Assembly: GCA_964472755.1 (NCBI GenBank)
Contig: CAYYMF010000003.1
Coordinates: 4,706 to 68,705, forward strand
DNA from: an uncultured Chitinophagales bacterium
GTDB lineage: Bacteria > Bacteroidota > Bacteroidia > Chitinophagales > JADIYW01
Direction of reading: 5' to 3'
Length of the DNA stretch: 64,000 nt
The notes under the pieces are model-generated. The model did not search any database. It was given only the letters and a program-made list of their open reading frames with translations, and had not been told where the DNA came from. Position 1 is the first letter of the stretch. Each line of letters begins with the position of its first letter. This document shows positions 1-11,039 of the stretch, one piece after another. The position numbers and the translations under genes were made by a program.

Positions 1-1769
1 TCTTCATCAAACTGAATTTGGTGATTTTTCAATAATCTACGATTTCCTATAAAATATATTTCATTTTCAAAATTCGCTTTTACACCTTCGCCAATAATAT
101 TTTCAAAATTCGAAAATTCTATAACATCAACACCTGAAAAATATTGAACCACAGCATCTGCCAAAGGATGTTCTGAACTTCTCTCTATACTATATAAAAT
201 ATTCTTTTTAGAATCATCATCATCTAACCATTTTACATCTATAACTTGTGGTTTCCCTTCAGTAATTGTTCCTGTTTTATCCAAAACAATGGCATTGACT
301 TTTTTTGCTAACTCCAAGCTTTCCGCATCTTTAATCAAAATTCCGTTATCTGCTCCTTTTCCAACACCAACCATAATTGCAGTTGGTGTTGCTAAACCCA
401 AAGCACAAGGACAAGCAATCACCAAAACAGTAACTGCAGCTAAAAGCCCACGTACCAAACCATTATCACCACCTATCAATAACCAAATCAGAAATGTAAT
501 GATTGCAATACCCATTACAGTCGGCACAAAAATAGCTGCTATTTTATCTACTAATTTTTGAACTGGAGCTTTACTTCCTTGTGCATCTTGAACCGTTTTG
601 ATGATTTGTGCCAACAATGTTTCCTTACCCACTTTTGAGGCTCTGAACTGAAAACTACCTTTTTGATTAATCGTTCCTGCAAAAACTCGTTCTCCTTCAT
701 TTTTCAAAATTGGAATAGGTTCGCCACTCAACATACTTTCATCGACATAAGAATTTCCATTAAGGACAATGCCATCGACTGCAATTTTATCTCCTGGCTT
801 CACTAAAACTACATCATTGATTTGTACATCATCAATTGCAATTTCTTTTTCTATACCATCTTTTTGGATTACCCACAAGGTTTTAGGTTGCAAACCCATC
901 AATTTTTTAATAGCAGCCGAAGTATTTCCTTTCGCTTTTTCTTCTAATAATCTCCCCAACAAAATAAATGCTATAATCACTCCAGAAGCCTCAAAATAAA
1001 CGTGTGCTTCTATATTTCTTTTAGTCCAAAACTCTGGAAATAACATATTAAAAACACTAAATATATATGCAATACCAGTACTCAATGCCACTAAAGTATC
1101 CATATTGGCAGAACGATGTTTGGCTTGTTTCCACGCATTGATATAAAAATCCTTTCCTAACCAAAACACTAAAGGCGTTGCTAATGCCCACATCAGCCAA
1201 TCGGCATACGGCATATTCATAAATACCATTCCAATCAACATTAAAGGCAATGCAAATAATATAGCCCAAATTGTTTTCTTTTTCAGGTTGGTATATTTTT
1301 TCTCGTGAATAGCTTCTAATGTTTCCTGCTCATCTTCATCAGTAATTAATAAATCATATCCAGCAGTTTGTACTACTTTCTGAATTTTATAGATATCAGT
1401 TATGTTTGGAAAATACTCTACCGTTAAATTTCCTGTTCCATAATTGACACTTGCACTAATAACACCATCGGCAAACTTGGCTGCATCTTCAGCACTTGCT
1501 GCACACGAGGCACAACTCATATCTAAAACAGGTACAGTTTTCTTTATTATTGGCACATCATAACCTAAGTTTTTAATTCGTTGAATAATATTTGGAATAA
1601 TTTCTAAATTCTCCGTTTCAATAACAGCTCTATGATTATTCAATTCTACTTGATGAGATTTAATGCCTTCAATTTGAGCCAACTCTTTATCAATAATTAA
1701 CGCACAATGCTCACTTTCCATATTCTCTATTGGAATGAGCATTAAATTATTAATTTTCTTTGTCTCCAT
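1..1769 (-). CDS. Heavy-metal (Cu/Ag-type) P1B-type ATPase, N-terminal ~589 codons; C-terminus lies beyond the window start
   Basis: Not in the supplied ORF track (no stop inside the window). Manual minus-strand translation from ATG 1769..1767 gives METKKINNLMLIPIENMESEHCALI... It shows a second HMA domain with DMSCASCAAS (MxCxxC), SMLSGEP, the CPC membrane metal site (VIACPCALGLATP) and the DKTGTIT phosphorylation motif. Confidence 0.9.
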   Translation of the reverse strand, partial: METKKINNLMLIPIENMESEHCALIIDKELAQIEGIKSHQVELNNHRAVIETENLEIIPNIIQRIKNLGYDVPIIKKTVPVLDMSCASCAASAEDAAKFADGVISASVNYGTGNLTVEYFPNITDIYKIQKVVQTAGYDLLITDEDEQETLEAIHEKKYTNLKKKTIWAILFALPLMLIGMVFMNMPYADWLMWALATPLVFWLGKDFYINAWKQAKHRSANMDTLVALSTGIAYIFSVFNMLFPEFWTKRNIEAHVYFEASGVIIAFILLGRLLEEKAKGNTSAAIKKLMGLQPKTLWVIQKDGIEKEIAIDDVQINDVVLVKPGDKIAVDGIVLNGNSYVDESMLSGEPIPILKNEGERVFAGTINQKGSFQFRASKVGKETLLAQIIKTVQDAQGSKAPVQKLVDKIAAIFVPTVMGIAIITFLIWLLIGGDNGLVRGLLAAVTVLVIACPCALGLATPTAIMVGVGKGADNGILIKDAESLELAKKVNAIVLDKTGTITEGKPQVIDVKWLDDDDSKKNILYSIERSSEHPLADAVVQYFSGVDVIEFSNFENIIGEGVKANFENEIYFIGNRRLLKNHQIQFDE

Positions 1770-1872
1770 AATCTACTTTTTATGAATACAAAATTAGATA
1801 TTTCAATACTAAACCTAGTTACAATACTTTTGATTTGTTTTGTAAGATTTACTGAAAAGTGAATAAAAACCA

Positions 1873-3225
1873 TTAAAATAAACTTTTATAAAAATCCAAG
1901 ACAGTTTTAACTAAACGAAGCTCTGAACTTATTAACTGTTTTGTTTTCTGATTGTATTTAGAAATAAAGATTTTATCATACCCTAATTTTTCAGCTTCGC
2001 TTAGTCTATTTTCAATTTTATTAACTGCTCTTATCTCTCCACTTAATCCAACTTCACCACTAAATGCAAAACGATTATGAATTGCCACATCTTCATAGGA
2101 AGATAATAAAGCAGCAACTACAGCTAAATCTGCACTTGGGTCATCTATTTTTAAACCACCAGCGATATTAAGAAAAACATCTTTTGTGCCAAATCTGAAC
2201 CCGCAACGCTTATCCAAAACTGCTAAAATCATATTCAGTCTTCGTAAATCATAACCAGTGCTACTTCTTTGAGGAGTACCATAAACGGCAGCAGATACTA
2301 ATGCTTGAACTTCTACCAACAAAGCTCTATTTCCTTCTATAGTAATTGCAATTGCCACACCACTTACCGCTTCATCACGTTCTGTAATTAGCAATTCTGA
2401 TGGATTTGTAACGCAACGCAAACCAGATTGTTGCATTTCATAAATTCCCAATTCTGAAGTAGAGCCAAAACGATTTTTAATAGTTCTTAATATTCTATAA
2501 TTATAATTCCTATCGCCTTCAAATTGCAAAACGCAATCGACAATATGTTCTAATAATTTCGGACCAGCAATCGTTCCATCTTTAGTGATATGTCCAACAA
2601 TAAAAAATGGAATATGTTGTTTTTTAGCATATTGTTGCAATAAATGCGTTGATTCTCTAATTTGAGCAACACTACCTGGAGCCGATTCCAATAAAGTAGT
2701 TTCTATCGTTTGTATAGAATCAATAATAACTAAGTCCGGCTGCAATAACTGTATTTGATGAAGAATACTTTCAACGGCTGTTTCTGTATAGATAAATATC
2801 TCTGTATTTTGAGAAGCTATTCTTTCAGCACGCATTTTAATTTGTTTCTCACTCTCCTCTCCTGATACGTAAAGTACTTTTAGATTCGGCGTCTGTAATA
2901 CCATTTGCAATAATAAAGTTGATTTTCCAATTCCTGGTTCCCCGCCTATTAAAACCAATGAACCATGAACCAAACCACCACCTAAAACTCGGTTTAGTTC
3001 TGAGTCAGATGTTAAAATTCTTGATTTAGTTTCATTTTGAATTTCAGCTAGTAATTGAGGTATTGTCGTAGAACTAAACCCTGACTTTAATTTTCCTTTA
3101 GGAGTTGTATCTACAATTTCTTCAACATACGTATTCCATTCATTGCAGTTACTACATTTTCCCATCCATTTAGGAGAAGTAGTACCACATGACTGACAAA
3201 CATAAGTTGTTTTTACTTTATTCAA
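1873..3225 (-). CDS. radA: DNA repair protein RadA/Sms
   Basis: 450-aa ORF with N-terminal Zn ribbon CQSCGTTSPKWMGKCSNCNEW, Walker A GEPGIGKST, the KNRFG motif and a Lon-like C-terminal domain. Confidence 0.95.
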   Translation of the reverse strand: MNKVKTTYVCQSCGTTSPKWMGKCSNCNEWNTYVEEIVDTTPKGKLKSGFSSTTIPQLLAEIQNETKSRILTSDSELNRVLGGGLVHGSLVLIGGEPGIGKSTLLLQMVLQTPNLKVLYVSGEESEKQIKMRAERIASQNTEIFIYTETAVESILHQIQLLQPDLVIIDSIQTIETTLLESAPGSVAQIRESTHLLQQYAKKQHIPFFIVGHITKDGTIAGPKLLEHIVDCVLQFEGDRNYNYRILRTIKNRFGSTSELGIYEMQQSGLRCVTNPSELLITERDEAVSGVAIAITIEGNRALLVEVQALVSAAVYGTPQRSSTGYDLRRLNMILAVLDKRCGFRFGTKDVFLNIAGGLKIDDPSADLAVVAALLSSYEDVAIHNRFAFSGEVGLSGEIRAVNKIENRLSEAEKLGYDKIFISKYNQKTKQLISSELRLVKTVLDFYKSLF

Positions 3226-3233
3226 TTTTTGTA

Positions 3234-3602
3234 TTATTTACGTTTAGCATTCCATACTCCAGAAACTTTAGTGGCACTCAATCGATAACCACTTAGACTA
3301 TCTCTATGTACAACAATCGCTCTGATAATAGTTTTATTTTCAAAATCTACTTTTAATCTTTTATCTTCAAATACCCAATTTCCATAAACTGTATCAATAG
3401 TTCCGAACTCATAGCAAGTGTTATCTTTATTCAATACTAATTCATTTTCAGCATAAAAAGCAAAGCCATCGTATTTGTAATGAGTCTGCCATCTTGTATC
3501 ATAAAAATTAATATCTTTATTTTTTAAACAAGAGGTCAATACAACTAAAGCTAATAAAATACAGAATAGTTTATTCATAATATTTTTTTTCAAGATAATC
3601 AA
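3234..3602 (-). CDS. Hypothetical small lipoprotein
   Basis: 122-aa ORF with a hydrophobic signal ending LTSC (lipobox-like). It lies 8 nt upstream of radA on the same strand. No family recognised. Confidence 0.6.
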   Translation of the reverse strand: MIILKKNIMNKLFCILLALVVLTSCLKNKDINFYDTRWQTHYKYDGFAFYAENELVLNKDNTCYEFGTIDTVYGNWVFEDKRLKVDFENKTIIRAIVVHRDSLSGYRLSATKVSGVWNAKRK

Positions 3603-3629
3603 AAAATATTAATCTATGTACCAATATTC

Positions 3630-5027
3630 TCAAATATTATTATTTACCTTTTTACTTAGTTTTTTTGATAAACCATCATACATTAATGCTAAAAATATAA
3701 AATAGTATGGAATCATTGGTAATTTGTATCTAGCTAAAGCTCCAAAATTGAAACTTGTAAATCCAACTGCAAAGGCAAATATTATAGAGAAAATAAAACA
3801 AAATAGAATATCTGGGTTTGAAATAATTTTTCCAATAAATTTAAAAATATTTAATTTAAATCTAAACAAAAGCATTACTGAAAGGTATAATGTTACAACT
3901 GCCTCTATTGCTGCGACAAATAAGGTTGGCTTCAAGGCTTCCCAAATATACGGACGAAAAAGAGAAACATTCAACGCCTTAGGAAAAACTTTAAATATGC
4001 CAAAAGTAGTAAATTCAATATCTCCAAGACTATAAAAAGAACCACCTTGTTGCTGAGAGGAGTAAACTAGCCAGTTTTGTGTATCTTGTACTGTACGCAT
4101 CATATTGTCAAAACTATACCGATTGGCAACTGATGCAATTTGACTTAAAACTAAAACTCCCAATCCACCACCAATTGCTAATAATACTGGAAAAGAAATA
4201 ATTTTTACAAATTTATTTTGAATATTTTCCGCATATCTTGCAAACAACCAAACAGCAATTGCAGGTGCAAAAGCTAAAATAATATAAACTTTTACAGTCA
4301 AAATAATATAGACCGAAAGTGCCATTAGCAATGAATTCTTTAAAACACTCTTTCGTTTATGAAAAATCTCATAAGATGATGCGTGCAACATTCCTAATGC
4401 ACCTAAACAAATTGGGTCTTTCATCAAACCAGTTCCCCAAAAAAACACAGACGGAACAAATAAACAAGCTAAAGCCAATTGCTTTTCTAAATGTGGATAG
4501 AGTTCGTAGAAAATCTTAAAAATTTTCCAACAACCATATAAGGCAAACATACTTATTACATAAGATGCAATGGTATAAGTTTTTACACCAAAAAAAGTCA
4601 AGATATAACCAACTAAAATTGCTGTACGTGTGCCTTCTTCAGTAATAAATGAACTATATCCTCCAAACAATTGATTCATTATCATTCCATAGTCATCTCT
4701 CGAACTACCCATAAAAGTAGTCCATACTGCACCAGGGTTAGTAAATGTCATTTTTTGTAATTGTAAAGACAGTTTAAAATACACTGTAGTATCGCCTCCA
4801 TGATAATAGTACTGATACATCATAGCAGACATAATTGCACCAAAGACTCTAAAATACCACGCTTTCATCAAATATTTTTGATAAATTGGTGAATTACTAT
4901 TTTTCTGAATGTGTTTTTTTAGAAGAAAATGTACTAAAATCAGAAATGGAATACCCAAATAAATATCATTTAAAAATAAGATATCTTGTATCCAAGAATT
5001 AGATAAATGGGTAAATAATTTATCCAT
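3630..5027 (-). CDS. Polytopic integral membrane protein, family not recognised
   Basis: 465-aa ORF with many hydrophobic helices. Its ATG overlaps the stop of the upstream CBS gene (TAATG). Confidence 0.7.
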   Translation of the reverse strand: MDKLFTHLSNSWIQDILFLNDIYLGIPFLILVHFLLKKHIQKNSNSPIYQKYLMKAWYFRVFGAIMSAMMYQYYYHGGDTTVYFKLSLQLQKMTFTNPGAVWTTFMGSSRDDYGMIMNQLFGGYSSFITEEGTRTAILVGYILTFFGVKTYTIASYVISMFALYGCWKIFKIFYELYPHLEKQLALACLFVPSVFFWGTGLMKDPICLGALGMLHASSYEIFHKRKSVLKNSLLMALSVYIILTVKVYIILAFAPAIAVWLFARYAENIQNKFVKIISFPVLLAIGGGLGVLVLSQIASVANRYSFDNMMRTVQDTQNWLVYSSQQQGGSFYSLGDIEFTTFGIFKVFPKALNVSLFRPYIWEALKPTLFVAAIEAVVTLYLSVMLLFRFKLNIFKFIGKIISNPDILFCFIFSIIFAFAVGFTSFNFGALARYKLPMIPYYFIFLALMYDGLSKKLSKKVNNNI

Positions 5028-5692
5028 TAGACTTCTAAATATTTTATAAGATTATCTATCCTTTCTTTCATTTGAAAATCGTATTCAGATTCATGTTTAA
5101 TATCTAAAACTGTGTATTCAAATCGCTCAAAAGTTGCTTGTATATTTTTTAAATCTAGTTGATTAATTTTAAGTATAATCTGTAATTTATTTTCTGCTAG
5201 AATTTGCTTTACTAACACATTTAAAATTACAGCATCATTACTTTCTACAATTCTTGCAATTTCAGTCAAAGAATAGTTATGCAAATCAGTTTCAATCGTA
5301 ATAATACCTCCATTTTGCAACAACTCATTATCTTTCATGAATGTCCTCAACAAACTATCCGTAGTACAAAAACCCAGTATCTTTCCAGATTTTTCAATAA
5401 TTGGGAAAACATAATTATCTACTTGTTCTGCCTTTTTTAAAATTTCAAAAAGATGAGTATCTTCTCGAATCATTAATTTTTCTTCAATTGGCAGAATCCA
5501 ATCTAAGATTGGTTTTGTATCATCTAATTCGTATAATAAATCAACCACAACATATCCTAAAATTTTTTTTTGATCATCTATGATAAAAGCAAATTTACTT
5601 TGATATTGCTCTCCCCATTCAATTGCTTGATACACAAAAGTGTCCTCAAATAAAAATCGAACTTCATAATCTATAGTTTCTTTAGCTAACAT
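5027..5692 (-). CDS. CBS-domain-containing protein (AcuB-like architecture)
   Basis: 221-aa ORF. By eye it has tandem CBS-like segments followed by an ACT-like tail. It is first in a co-directional string ending at radA. Confidence 0.6.
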   Translation of the reverse strand: MLAKETIDYEVRFLFEDTFVYQAIEWGEQYQSKFAFIIDDQKKILGYVVVDLLYELDDTKPILDWILPIEEKLMIREDTHLFEILKKAEQVDNYVFPIIEKSGKILGFCTTDSLLRTFMKDNELLQNGGIITIETDLHNYSLTEIARIVESNDAVILNVLVKQILAENKLQIILKINQLDLKNIQATFERFEYTVLDIKHESEYDFQMKERIDNLIKYLEV

Positions 5693-5836
5693 ATCTATTT
5701 TAAAAATACAAGGATTATATCATAAATCAAAATATAGTGCAAATAAAAGCAAAAATCTATTGTAAAATATCAAATTTTACAGAAAACTCTTATCTTGCAA
5801 AAAGCTTAGACTTTAAGTCTTTTATTGTTGTATATT

Positions 5837-6625
5837 ATGGAGAAAGAAACATTAAGTATAATATCTTATAACCTCAATGGGATTCGCTCTGCGGTTAGTA
5901 AAGGTTTAGCAGATTGGATAAAAGAGACTGATTATGATTTATATTTATTTCAAGAAATAAAAGCTGATTTATACTCAATTCCTACTGAATATTTTGATGA
6001 ATTAGGTTATAAACATTTATGGTTCCCAGCTCAAAAAAAAGGCTATAGTGGTGTGGGCGTTGTGTACAAAAAGCATCTAGAACCCAATCATATTCAATAT
6101 GGAATTAATATTCCAAAATATGACAATGAAGGTCGTGTAATTCAGTTTACCATTGGAGATATTACATTCTTAAATACTTATTTTCCTTCAGGTTCAAGTG
6201 GAGAAGAAAGACAAAGTGTAAAAATGGATTTTTTAGAAGATTACTTTAATTATATTCAAGAACTCAGAAATAAACACCCAAAAATAATTCTATCTGGCGA
6301 TTATAATATTTGTCATACAGAAATTGATATCCACGACCCAAAAAGCAATAAAAATTCATCTGGTTTCTTGCCTGAAGAACGTGAATGGATGACACAATTT
6401 TTCAACTCAGGATTTATTGATACATTCAGATTTATCAACAATGATTTAAAAGACCAATACAGTTGGTGGAGTTATCGTGCAGGCGCAAGAGCTAAAAACA
6501 AAGGCTGGCGAATTGACTACCAAAGTTGCACTAAAAATATGCAAGAGCAACTATTAGATGCAAAAATATTAATGGATGTAAAACATTCTGACCATTGTCC
6601 TATTTATTTAAAAATTAAAATATGA
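5837..6625 (+). CDS. xth: Exodeoxyribonuclease III (AP endonuclease)
   Basis: The track ORF 5825..6625 starts at TTG. I prefer ATG 5837 (MEKETLSIISYNLNGIRSA). ExoIII family motifs are present: NLNGIR, QEIK, and SDHCP near the C-terminus. The TGA stop overlaps the next ATG (ATGA). Confidence 0.93.
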   Translation: MEKETLSIISYNLNGIRSAVSKGLADWIKETDYDLYLFQEIKADLYSIPTEYFDELGYKHLWFPAQKKGYSGVGVVYKKHLEPNHIQYGINIPKYDNEGRVIQFTIGDITFLNTYFPSGSSGEERQSVKMDFLEDYFNYIQELRNKHPKIILSGDYNICHTEIDIHDPKSNKNSSGFLPEEREWMTQFFNSGFIDTFRFINNDLKDQYSWWSYRAGARAKNKGWRIDYQSCTKNMQEQLLDAKILMDVKHSDHCPIYLKIKI

Positions 6626-8355
6626 GATTTCTTATAATTTTAGTAGTCCCTTTTCTTCTCGTCTCTTGCATTAACAAGAAAAAAGAATTTGTATTTACTT
6701 CAACTGATGGCGGACGATATTATGGTGGTACATTTAAATATAATGAAGAAGAATATTTCAAATCATTATTTCCGCTGAATATTACTGAAGTAACAGGGCA
6801 TAGAATTGCTGAACAAATTTATGAAGGTTTAGTAAAGTTTGATGACAGCACATTGGCAGTTATTCCATGCTTAGCAAAAAATTGGGATATTTCTTCTGAT
6901 GGTTTAATTTATACTTTTCATCTTCGTGATAATGTTTATTTCCATGATGATGCATGTTTTAAAGATGGAAAAGGCAGAAAAGTTACTGCATCAGATTTTA
7001 AGTATTGTTTGGACAGAGTTGCCTTTAATAATCCAGCAGAGAATCAAGGATTTTGGATATTTAAAGATATTGTGAAAGGAGCCAATGAATACTACACAGC
7101 CACAGAAACTAACAAACAAGACATATCCGGAATTAGTGGCATTACAGTCATTAATGATACAACTTTAAGAATAGAACTAACTGATCCTTATGCAGTATTT
7201 TTAGCTAGATTAGGTTTGACTTTTGCAAAAGTTTATCCAAAAGAGGCTTTTGAAATGTATGGCTCAGATATGAGAAATCATTGTGTTGGAACTGGACCAT
7301 TTTATATTAAAAAGTTATTAGATAACCAAGTAGTTTTTATGACAAAAAATAAAAATTACTGGGCTAAAGATGAATTTGGAAATCCACTTCCCTATTTGGA
7401 CAATATAAAAGTTACATTTATTCACGAAAAGAAAATGGAATTACAAGAATTTATCGGTGGAAAATCTGATTTAATTTATAAATTTCCTTTAGAAATGATA
7501 GATGAAATTATTGATATAGATAGAAACCTAAAACCTCAATTTCAAAAATTCCAATTGCAATATTTACCTTCGATGAGTTTACAATATTATGGTTTTTTAC
7601 ATATTGGAAAAACATTTAATAACAAACTTTTAAGACAGGCTTTTTGCTATGCTGTGGACAGAGAAAAATTGTGTAAATACACCTTGAAAAACTCAGGATT
7701 TCCAGCGAAATATGGAGTTGTTCCGCCAGGAACTGGAACTTATAATTCTTCATTAGTACATGGATTTACTTACCAACCTGAAAAAGCAAGACAACTTTTG
7801 GCTGATGCAGGATATCCTAATGGAAAGAATTTTCCAAAAGTTACTTTACAACTGAATAGTGGTGGTGCTAGAAATACTCAAGTTGCGGAAGCAATCAAGA
7901 AAATGATTGAAGAAACTTTAAATATAAAAATTGATTTATTACTTATTCCTTGGGCTCAACATTCGGAAGCTGTTGAAGCTGCCAAAGCTGATTTCTATAG
8001 AATGGGTTGGATTGCCGATTACCCTGATGCTGAGAATTTTTTAAATTTATTTAACAGTAAATATGTTCCTTCAGACCCAACAGAGAAAACCTATATCAAT
8101 TCGTTTCGTTACAAAAGTAAAGCTTTTGATGATTACTTTGATGCCGCATTAAAAACGACAGATATGGAAAAACGAAATGCCCTCTACAATAAAGCAGACC
8201 AACAAGTGATTGATGATGCCGTTGTTATGCCAACCTATTATGATATTGACTTCCGATTATTGCAACCAAATATTCGGAATTTTCCACAAAACGCTATGGA
8301 ATATAGAGATATGGCTGAAGTTTATATGTTGCCACCTACTAAGAACAAAAAATAA
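6622..8355 (+). CDS. ABC-transporter substrate-binding lipoprotein, family 5 (peptide/nickel type)
   Basis: 577-aa ORF with lipoprotein signal LLVSC and overall OppA/DppA-like sequence character. No permease or ATPase gene is adjacent. Confidence 0.8.
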   Translation: MRFLIILVVPFLLVSCINKKKEFVFTSTDGGRYYGGTFKYNEEEYFKSLFPLNITEVTGHRIAEQIYEGLVKFDDSTLAVIPCLAKNWDISSDGLIYTFHLRDNVYFHDDACFKDGKGRKVTASDFKYCLDRVAFNNPAENQGFWIFKDIVKGANEYYTATETNKQDISGISGITVINDTTLRIELTDPYAVFLARLGLTFAKVYPKEAFEMYGSDMRNHCVGTGPFYIKKLLDNQVVFMTKNKNYWAKDEFGNPLPYLDNIKVTFIHEKKMELQEFIGGKSDLIYKFPLEMIDEIIDIDRNLKPQFQKFQLQYLPSMSLQYYGFLHIGKTFNNKLLRQAFCYAVDREKLCKYTLKNSGFPAKYGVVPPGTGTYNSSLVHGFTYQPEKARQLLADAGYPNGKNFPKVTLQLNSGGARNTQVAEAIKKMIEETLNIKIDLLLIPWAQHSEAVEAAKADFYRMGWIADYPDAENFLNLFNSKYVPSDPTEKTYINSFRYKSKAFDDYFDAALKTTDMEKRNALYNKADQQVIDDAVVMPTYYDIDFRLLQPNIRNFPQNAMEYRDMAEVYMLPPTKNKK

Positions 8356-8359
8356 TAGT

Positions 8360-8965
8360 ATGAAAATATTTTGTATCGGCTTAAATTACAGAGAACATAT
8401 TGATGAAATGAAACATTTTTCATTTCCAGATAATCCAGTAATTTTTATGAAGCCACCAACTGCTTTATTAAAAGACAAACAACCTTTGTATTATCCAGAT
8501 TTCTCCAATGATGTTCATTATGAAGGTGAAATTGTTTTGAAAATTTCAAAGAATGGAAAAAAAATTGAAGAGAAATTTGCACACAAATATTATGATAGCT
8601 TTTCCTTAGGTTTTGATTTTACAGCAAGAGATATTCAAGCCGATTTAAAGAAAAAAGGTTGGCCTTGGGAAATTGCCAAAAGCTTTGACCAATCTGCTTG
8701 TATTGGTGAATTTATTCCTTTATATAAAGCAAAAAATATAGATTTTACAATAAGAAAAAATGGAGTTGAAGTTCAACATGGCAATACTGAAATGTTGATT
8801 TTTACTTTTGATAAAATTATAAGTTATGTTTCTCAGTTTTTCACTTTGCAACAAGGCGATTTAATATATACAGGAACGCCAAAAGGTGTCGGGCCTGTTG
8901 CAGTTGGAGATATATTAGAAGGTTTTGTAGATGAACAAAAACTATTGCACTGTGAAGTGAAATAA
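8360..8965 (+). CDS. Fumarylacetoacetate hydrolase (FAH) family protein
   Basis: The track ORF 8210..8965 overlaps the upstream gene by 146 nt. The internal ATG 8360 (MKIFCIGLNYREHI...) matches typical FAH-family N-termini. Confidence 0.85.
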   Translation: MKIFCIGLNYREHIDEMKHFSFPDNPVIFMKPPTALLKDKQPLYYPDFSNDVHYEGEIVLKISKNGKKIEEKFAHKYYDSFSLGFDFTARDIQADLKKKGWPWEIAKSFDQSACIGEFIPLYKAKNIDFTIRKNGVEVQHGNTEMLIFTFDKIISYVSQFFTLQQGDLIYTGTPKGVGPVAVGDILEGFVDEQKLLHCEVK

Positions 8966-9081
8966 CTTAAATTATCTATTCTGACTTAATTTTAAAAATA
9001 CACGTGTAGTAATATAGAAACCAAACACGTATATTTTATTTAAAGACAGAAACGTTAAGTAAATTTAAGCAAAAATGGTAT

Positions 9082-9089
9082 TATTTTTG
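9082..9089 (+). promoter_or_regulatory. Bacteroidota -7 box TATTTTTG (TAnnTTTG)
   Basis: Exact TAnnTTTG lies 13 nt upstream of ATG 9103. The motif is frequent by chance in AT-rich DNA, so the position is the only support. Confidence 0.45.
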
Positions 9090-9102
9090 CGTAATTTGTA
9101 AT

Positions 9103-10356
9103 ATGATAAAAATCTCATCTGTTATAATTCTAATTGTTTGCTTTCTTAGTTGCAAAGCAGCATTTATATTAATTCCGATGGACAATACTCAAAAAAACCA
9201 TCTTAAAGCTTATGGAATTGCTTATTTAGCACTCACAAAAGACATTCCTCTTGACTGGCTACTAAATTATAGAGGTGGTTCTTTTGCATTACCTCAAAAT
9301 TCAATATTAGAAAAAGAATGTTTGATTCGAAATGTAAGCTATGAAGTCATTCCTGATGCAAAAATGTCATCTATACTTAATGAAATAAGCAACCCTGAAA
9401 TAAATATGGACGCTGTGCGATTAGAAAAAGCTCCAAAAGTAGCAGTTTATTCTCCAAAATCTAAACTACCTTGGGATGATGCAGTTACACTTGCTTTAAC
9501 TTATGCAGAAATTCCGTATGATGTGATTTACGATGAGGAAATTTTAGAAGGAAAATTACATTTATACGATTGGTTACACTTACATCATGAAGATTTTACC
9601 GGACAATATGGTAAATTTTGGTCTGCTTATCAATTTGCAGATTGGTATAAAGAACAAGTTGCAGAATATGAAATGCGGGCTAAAAAACTAGGCTTCAATA
9701 AAGTTTCCGATGAGAAAAGAGCTGTTGCACTAAAAATTAAAGATTTTGTTATTGGTGGTGGTTTCTTATTTGCTATGTGCAGTGCAACTGACTCTTATGA
9801 TATTGCTTTAGCCACTGAAGGTATTGACATTTGCGATGTCATGTTTGATGGCGACCCAATAGACCCACATGCACAAGATAAAATTGACTATCACAAAGGA
9901 TTTGCTTTTAAAGATTATGAATTAAGTACTAATCCTTATGAATATGAATATTCAGAAATAGATGCATTGCCTTTGGGCAGAGACCAAAGTACTGACTATT
10001 TTTCATTGTTTGATTTTTCTGCCAAATGGGATCAAGTGCCGAGCATGCTCACACAAAATCATGAAAAAATACTGAAAGGTTTTATGGGACAAACAACTGC
10101 ATTTAGAAATCCTTTTATAAAAACAGAAGTCTTAGTTCTCGGAGAAAATAAAAGTTTAGAAGAAGCAAAATATATTCATGGAACTCAAGGCAAAGGCACT
10201 TGGACATTTTATGGCGGACATGACCCCGAAGATTATCAACATCGGGTGGGCGATCCTCCAACAGATTTGAATTTGCACCCAAATTCTCCAGGATATAGAT
10301 TAATTTTAAACAATATTTTATTCCCAGCTGCTAAAAAGAAAAAACAAAAAACTTAA
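9103..10356 (+). CDS. Conserved secreted protein of unknown function (possible class-I glutamine-amidotransferase-like fold)
   Basis: 417-aa ORF with a signal peptide. The segment GGGFLFAMCSATD resembles a nucleophile-elbow Cys. The C-terminal tail is basic (AAKKKKQKT). The fold assignment is a guess. Confidence 0.65.
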   Translation: MIKISSVIILIVCFLSCKAAFILIPMDNTQKNHLKAYGIAYLALTKDIPLDWLLNYRGGSFALPQNSILEKECLIRNVSYEVIPDAKMSSILNEISNPEINMDAVRLEKAPKVAVYSPKSKLPWDDAVTLALTYAEIPYDVIYDEEILEGKLHLYDWLHLHHEDFTGQYGKFWSAYQFADWYKEQVAEYEMRAKKLGFNKVSDEKRAVALKIKDFVIGGGFLFAMCSATDSYDIALATEGIDICDVMFDGDPIDPHAQDKIDYHKGFAFKDYELSTNPYEYEYSEIDALPLGRDQSTDYFSLFDFSAKWDQVPSMLTQNHEKILKGFMGQTTAFRNPFIKTEVLVLGENKSLEEAKYIHGTQGKGTWTFYGGHDPEDYQHRVGDPPTDLNLHPNSPGYRLILNNILFPAAKKKKQKT

Positions 10357-10370
10357 TTAAAATATTTCAC

Positions 10371-11036
10371 ATGAACATACTTAAAAATTTCATCTCCATT
10401 TGCACAGTAATTTTACTGAGTTATAATTCTTTTGCCCAAGAAATAAAGCAGACAGAATACTCATTTGACATTAACAAAGCAATTGATGGTACAGATTACT
10501 TTTATTACTTCAATAAAGGAAAAAATGACACTTTCATTAATCTCAAAATAATGACTTTTAATATTGATAATACCACAAAAACCTTATGTAAAGAAGTCTC
10601 CGTTTTACCTGAATTCTACAATATTGCAACTCAAAAAATCAAACTTGATTTATGGAATATGAATATAGGCAATCCTTTAGAATATGAAGATGTTTTAAAC
10701 AACCAAATTAATGTATTTGCAAAAGATACCAGTTGGCAAAATTATTACAAAATATTTAGCAATCAAGCTTCTAAAAACAAAAATATTCAATTAGATTATA
10801 ATCTAATATCAAAAATCATGACAGACCAAAAAGTGTATGGTTGCATAGAAACAGAATTAAATAAAATTGGTTATACCATTTCACAAGTTGGAATAGAAAA
10901 AGTAGGTTTCTTAGATTTAAAATCTTATCCAGTCATCAAAAAAAGATTAAGTGGAAAATTACCTTATTCTGAAAGTCAATTAAAAACTATACCAATTCCT
11001 TATATTGTCTATATTGGCATAAATAGAATGCAATAA
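10371..11036 (+). CDS. Hypothetical secreted protein
   Basis: 221-aa ORF with signal peptide ...SYNSFAQE. It is tightly spaced after the 417-aa gene. Confidence 0.6.
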   Translation: MNILKNFISICTVILLSYNSFAQEIKQTEYSFDINKAIDGTDYFYYFNKGKNDTFINLKIMTFNIDNTTKTLCKEVSVLPEFYNIATQKIKLDLWNMNIGNPLEYEDVLNNQINVFAKDTSWQNYYKIFSNQASKNKNIQLDYNLISKIMTDQKVYGCIETELNKIGYTISQVGIEKVGFLDLKSYPVIKKRLSGKLPYSESQLKTIPIPYIVYIGINRMQ

Positions 11037-11039
11037 AGT

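Noticed and set aside
289-1269. Track ORFs 289..561 (+), 769..999 (+) and 1057..1269 (-) as genes
   Set aside because: All lie inside the P1B-ATPase reading frame (minus strand, 1..1769), on the opposite strand or in a shifted frame. Their low-complexity composition is typical of shadow ORFs.
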